Below, one piece after another: positions 59,695 to 64,000 of a DNA stretch of 64,000 nt. The DNA is from Ranitomeya imitator (Eukaryota). The translations under genes were made by a program, and so were the position numbers. Where the stretch lies: positions 191,704,001-191,768,000 of the forward strand of contig NC_091283.1 of assembly GCF_032444005.1 (NCBI RefSeq), given 5' to 3'. The notes beneath the pieces are model-generated. The model was not told the DNA's origin, searched no databases, and saw nothing but the letters and a program-made list of their open reading frames with translations. Each line of letters begins with the position of its first letter. Position 1 is the stretch's first letter.

Positions 59695-60629
59695 TACATT
59701 TTTTTTACACTGATTGAAATCCCACTGTTCTCCTGAATCTGGCGATGTTTTTCTTTTGTTCCTGCGCCTCTTCGTTCCGGAGATATGGGCTCCTCTTTCC
59801 TGTGGGTAAATCTAGTATTTAAGCCAAGTGGGCGTGGTTCTCAGCTCTTCTCTGTGGGTGGGTTCTTAATGGCCACACTCACTTGGCTAAGAAAACTCAA
59901 TTTTTAGGCAAGAAAGAAGGGACCATATCTCGGGAACGGAGAGGCGCAGAAAGACAAGAAAAACAGCGCCGGATACAGGAGAACAGCGGCTTTTACACCA
60001 GGCAAAAAAAATATACATTTATGGCAAGTGACAGATCTTCTTTAATATGTTTCCCTTTATTTAAGACCTGAATGAAGATCGGGGAGTCACATAATCCTTG
60101 TGATTAACATAAGTCTTTCTATGTATATAAAGCACAGAGGTACTTACCCTTTTTTTCTACCAGTATATTTTTAGGCTTGGAGGAAACCCCCCAACAAGCA
60201 CGAGCGGGACAAACTCCATGCAACTAATGCTTAAGTTAAAGTCGTGACCCCGGTGCTGCCACCATGCTTTACTTATTTATACCAAGAGACCCTAAAGAAT
60301 TTAGAAGAACAGACACAATATATCAGGACATAATTTTAGATGAAAATTTCTCGTAAAGTTGAAATTAAATCTGTACAGCGATCTGAATTTACACATTACG
60401 GGGTTTTAACAACCTTTTTAGCATTGGAGAACCCCTGAAAAATTATTATTTTTGGGAACCCCCTAACAATTTTTTTTTTTTTGAAAAGAGAAAAAAGAGC
60501 AAAAATGTAAGAAAAAAATCTAACACAACCAGTGCACAGGAATAAGAATCTCGGTAAAAGCAGAAGAAACTAAATAAACAATGAAACGGTAAGAATAACA
60601 AAAGTACAAAGTCGCAAACAATGAATTAA

Positions 60630-61090
60630 ATAGTCAAACCCCCAAATCAATCCAGACCCCAAACATAATTTAATTAAGATCCTGATCAGTCCAACCAATT
60701 AATTCAGACCCCTAAAGAAGTGAATTCAGACCCCACACCCCTACATTTATTTAAACTCCAAGCCAGGACCCTGAATAAATTCAGACCCCACAACAGGCCC
60801 TTAATTCAGACTCCAGGCCAGACCCTTAAATAAACAAATTCAGACCCCAAACCACTGAATGAATTCAGATGCCAGATCAGACCCCTAAATTATCTCATGC
60901 CCAAACCAGACCCCTAAATGATCTCAGCCCCCAAACCAGACCTTTAAATTATATCAGACTCCAAACCAGACCCCTAAATGATCTCAAATCCCAAATTAGA
61001 CCCTTAAATTATCTCCTGCCCCAAACCAAACCCCTAAATGATCTCAAACCCCAAACCAGACCCCTAAATTATATCAGACCCTAAACCAGG
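60630..61090 (+). repeat. ~30-32-bp minisatellite (CCAAACCAGACCCCTAAATGATCTCA...)
   Basis: Tandem units ending at the L1 5' end. Confidence 0.8.
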
Positions 61091-61272
61091 CCTCTGGGGG
61101 CGTGGCCTAGCGAGCGATGTGAGCGGACGTGCGACGGATCTCTCTCCCCGCACCGCTCCTAAATCCTCACCCTTGAAGGCGCCGCCGAGCGCCGAAAACC
61201 GGGCGAAGTTGCTCCGCAGGACCCCTGGGCACGGAGGAGAGGGCCGGAGGCAGCGAAAGGAGAAGAGCGGTA

Positions 61273-62394
61273 ATGCCGCGCAAAAGACAGTCAGCGCCCG
61301 CGGCTGGCGCGAAAATCCAAGATGGCGCCGTGGCAGAGGAGGAGGCGGCCAGAGCCAGCACCGCATACCGCCGGAGGCTTGAGGTAATCGCCCGGCTGGA
61401 GCGGTTTGCTCGGACAGAGGAGGGGGGTGCCCTGCTGCTGGGCCCTGAGGGGCCAGATGAGGAGGAAGTCCCGCAGAGACAGGAGAGAGGAGGGGATGAC
61501 ACCCTCAGTGTGGTGGAGGAGCGGCTTTCTCCAGTGAAGAGGCAGGAGATGCAAGAGACAACTAACATGTCACCCACCGCCAGTCCAGTGCAGGCTAAGG
61601 ACTCTGAGGGTGCGCAGCAATCAAACGTGGGGGAACCTACACTGCAGGACATTTTCTCAGTCGTTATACACTGCAAATCTGCCCTGGCTGCGCTGAACCT
61701 AAGGGTAGACGATTTAACAGTTGAAATGAAGTCCCTTAATTCTGCTATGCGTAAAGTGGAGAAAAGAGTGGAGGTGGTGGAGGAGCGCGTGGGCAGTGTG
61801 GAAGATCAGACAAATGAACTGTTGAAAAGAGAAAAGAGATACATTCAGCGTATTGCAGAACTGGAATTTAAAACAGATGACCTGGAAAATCGTTCCCGTA
61901 GGAACAATCTAAGAATAATTGGGGTGCCGGAGAAGGTGGAGGGGAATAATCCTACGGAATACATTGAGGCATGGCTCAAAAACTCGGTGGGAGGAGCAGA
62001 CCTTACCAACCACTTTTCCGTGGAGAGGGCCCATAGAGTCCCCACCCGGCCCCTGCCGCCTGGATCCCCCCCTCGAGCTCTGCTGGCAAAAATTTTGGAC
62101 TATCGGGACCGGGAAACCCTACTAAGGAAGGCCAGGATCAGCGACGGACTGAGCATAGACGGAAATCGGATCTCCATTTATCCGGACTACTCGGCATCGG
62201 TGCAGAAACTGAGAATGAGGTTCGGCGAGGTCAAGAGGCGGCTCCGAGACCTGGACCTAAAATATTCGATGTTATACCCGGCTAAGCTCAGGGTGGTGGC
62301 GCTGGACCGTGTTCATTTTTTCCAGAACCCGGAGGAGGCTATGCACTGGCTAGATACCAATACTAAGAAAATTGGCGTGGATCGGAGCCGATGA
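61273..62394 (+). CDS. L1 ORF1p (coiled coil-RRM-CTD), 373 aa
   Basis: DLENRSRRNNLRIIGVPE, VERAHR, IYPDYS, YSMLYPAKLRV. Confidence 0.93.
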   Translation: MPRKRQSAPAAGAKIQDGAVAEEEAARASTAYRRRLEVIARLERFARTEEGGALLLGPEGPDEEEVPQRQERGGDDTLSVVEERLSPVKRQEMQETTNMSPTASPVQAKDSEGAQQSNVGEPTLQDIFSVVIHCKSALAALNLRVDDLTVEMKSLNSAMRKVEKRVEVVEERVGSVEDQTNELLKREKRYIQRIAELEFKTDDLENRSRRNNLRIIGVPEKVEGNNPTEYIEAWLKNSVGGADLTNHFSVERAHRVPTRPLPPGSPPRALLAKILDYRDRETLLRKARISDGLSIDGNRISIYPDYSASVQKLRMRFGEVKRRLRDLDLKYSMLYPAKLRVVALDRVHFFQNPEEAMHWLDTNTKKIGVDRSR

Positions 62395-62739
62395 GACTGA
62401 CGCTGAGACTTCGTCACTCATTTGTTTATACCCCCTGATGGTGATTTTTGAACTTGTCTTACAGAATGCACCCAAAAGTTTGAAATAGTGTGCTCGGCGG
62501 CGCAAAGAATATTTCATGTTGATAGCGGTGGGAGGGGGAGAGATGGACTGCAAGGGGCTCAGTTCTAGGTTGTATCAAGAGCTCTCAGTTCTCATACAGA
62601 GAAAGAAAGTTTGTACTAGTTGAATTCTATTGAGTTTTAGATGGGGAAGTTGGGAAAGGGGGATGGGAGGGGGTGGGGGGGGGGGTGTCGGGGGAGACCT
62701 GAAGGAGACTGCTCTAACTCATTGTTTTTTCTCTAGAAA

Positions 62740-64000
62740 ATGGGAGGGGACGTTAATATTATAAGCTGGAATGTTAGGGGGTTAGCGGACGCCACTAAGC
62801 GCGCGGCAATATTTCAGTATCTTCTGAAACAGAGGCCCTCGGTGATCTGCCTGCAAGAAACCCACCTAGTGGAGGAAAAAGTTGATATATTACAGAAACG
62901 GTGGGTGCGCAAGGCGTATCATTCGACGTTCTCTAGTTACGCGAGGGGAGTGTCAGTCTTAATTCACACTAATACCCCATTTGAGGAAGTTGAGGTTAAA
63001 ATTGATACGGATGGTCAATACGTTTTGCTAGTGTGTAAAATCTTTGACTGCTTAATGTGCATAGTATCATTGTATATACCTCCGCCATACTCTGGAAGGA
63101 AGATCCAGGACATATTGGAGGCTATAAGAGGTTGGGATGGGATCCCCCTTCTGGTGGTGGGTGATGTAAACAATATAGCAAATGACCACTGGGACAAGAG
63201 TAACCACGCATCACAGCGCAGGGACGGTAATGACACTCCCTTTGGTAACTATCTCAGAGAAATTGGTTGGATTGATTTATGGAGGGTCCGCAATGCCAAT
63301 ACATATTCCTATTCCTGTTACTCGACTACATACGGCTCGATGTCAAGAATTGATGTTGCCTTGGGTAACGATAGGATGAACGAACTGTTAAACGGGGTGG
63401 AATATAATCCCAGGATTTTATCAGACCATAGCCCAGTTCGGGTCTCTCTAAAGTTGTCAGGTCAGGTTGGTTTGAGGAGGGCGGGTTGGAAAATTCACCC
63501 AGTCTGGCTACAAATTTTGGACATGGCAAAGGTGGGAGTAGAGATAGAGGAATTTTTCAAAATTAATGAAGGGAGCGCGGAATGCCATGTAGTGTGGGAC
63601 ACCATGAAAGCTTATTTAAGGGGAATTTTGTTTAGGGATATCTCAAGACATAAAACAAGGACCAAAGAGCGGGATCAGGGCGTTTTAGAGGAGTTGAAAG
63701 CAGCAGAGGCGGCATTGGGGGAACATCGTACCGGGGAATCTCAGAGTCGTATGAGGGCAGCTCAGCGGGAGGTCGATCAGTTATTTTTGAAAAAGGCGGA
63801 GAGGTTGAGGGCCTTCCAGAGAGAAACTTTCTACTCGGAGGGGGAGAAAGTGGGGCACTTGCTCTCGGTAGTGGCATCCGCGCAAAGAGACTCTTCACAT
63901 GTTTACTCTATTAAGACGGAGGAGGGAAGGTTGGTTACTCAGGGGGAGCAGATCCTGGAAGTGTTCAGGAAATTTTATGGAAAATTATATACGTCCAGTG
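62740..64000 (+). CDS. L1 ORF2p N-terminus (APE endonuclease), 3'-partial
   Basis: Hand translation is open for 420 codons to the window end: ISWNVRGL, CLQETH, GDVN, SRID, LSDHSPV, WDTMKAYLRG. Confidence 0.92.
   Translation, partial: MGGDVNIISWNVRGLADATKRAAIFQYLLKQRPSVICLQETHLVEEKVDILQKRWVRKAYHSTFSSYARGVSVLIHTNTPFEEVEVKIDTDGQYVLLVCKIFDCLMCIVSLYIPPPYSGRKIQDILEAIRGWDGIPLLVVGDVNNIANDHWDKSNHASQRRDGNDTPFGNYLREIGWIDLWRVRNANTYSYSCYSTTYGSMSRIDVALGNDRMNELLNGVEYNPRILSDHSPVRVSLKLSGQVGLRRAGWKIHPVWLQILDMAKVGVEIEEFFKINEGSAECHVVWDTMKAYLRGILFRDISRHKTRTKERDQGVLEELKAAEAALGEHRTGESQSRMRAAQREVDQLFLKKAERLRAFQRETFYSEGEKVGHLLSVVASAQRDSSHVYSIKTEEGRLVTQGEQILEVFRKFYGKLYTSS

Larger units (their letters stand above)
61096..64000 (+). 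mobile_element. LINE-1 retrotransposon, 5'-intact, runs off the window
   Basis: GC-rich 5'UTR starting GGGGGCGTGGC, ORF1, 345-nt spacer, ORF2 endonuclease. Confidence 0.95.

Noticed and set aside
61167-61676. Antisense ORF (169 aa) in the L1 5' region as an ORF0-like gene
   Set aside because: Low-complexity mirror of GC-rich ORF1 codons; no independent support

Overview
Vertebrate genomic DNA, most likely an anuran amphibian judging from the transposon repertoire (Frog Prince/Passport-like Tc1s, T2/Kolobok-type TTAA MITEs). The + strand carries the 3' three-quarters of ARHGAP4 (srGAP family: F-BAR tail, RhoGAP, SH3). I could build 20 coding exons (3030-43513) with compatible phases, giving 846 aa to the stop; the N-terminal exons lie upstream of the window. 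The gene also has a candidate mutually exclusive 28-nt microexon and a GC-AG intron. Convergent with it on the - strand is a two-exon caveolin (55170/55302->48056) that looks like a CAV1/CAV3 mosaic, probably a paralogue absent from mammals. The introns and flanks hold a full-length chromodomain Gypsy element with self-priming geometry, three solo LTRs, five Tc1-like transposons (one with an intact ORF, one with a single nonsense codon), the 5' part of an apparently intact LINE-1, a Penelope-like foldback insertion, many MITEs and several minisatellites. Two assembly gaps lie inside GATA/TCTA microsatellites. Coordinates were counted by hand. Homology calls rest on remembered family motifs, not database searches.
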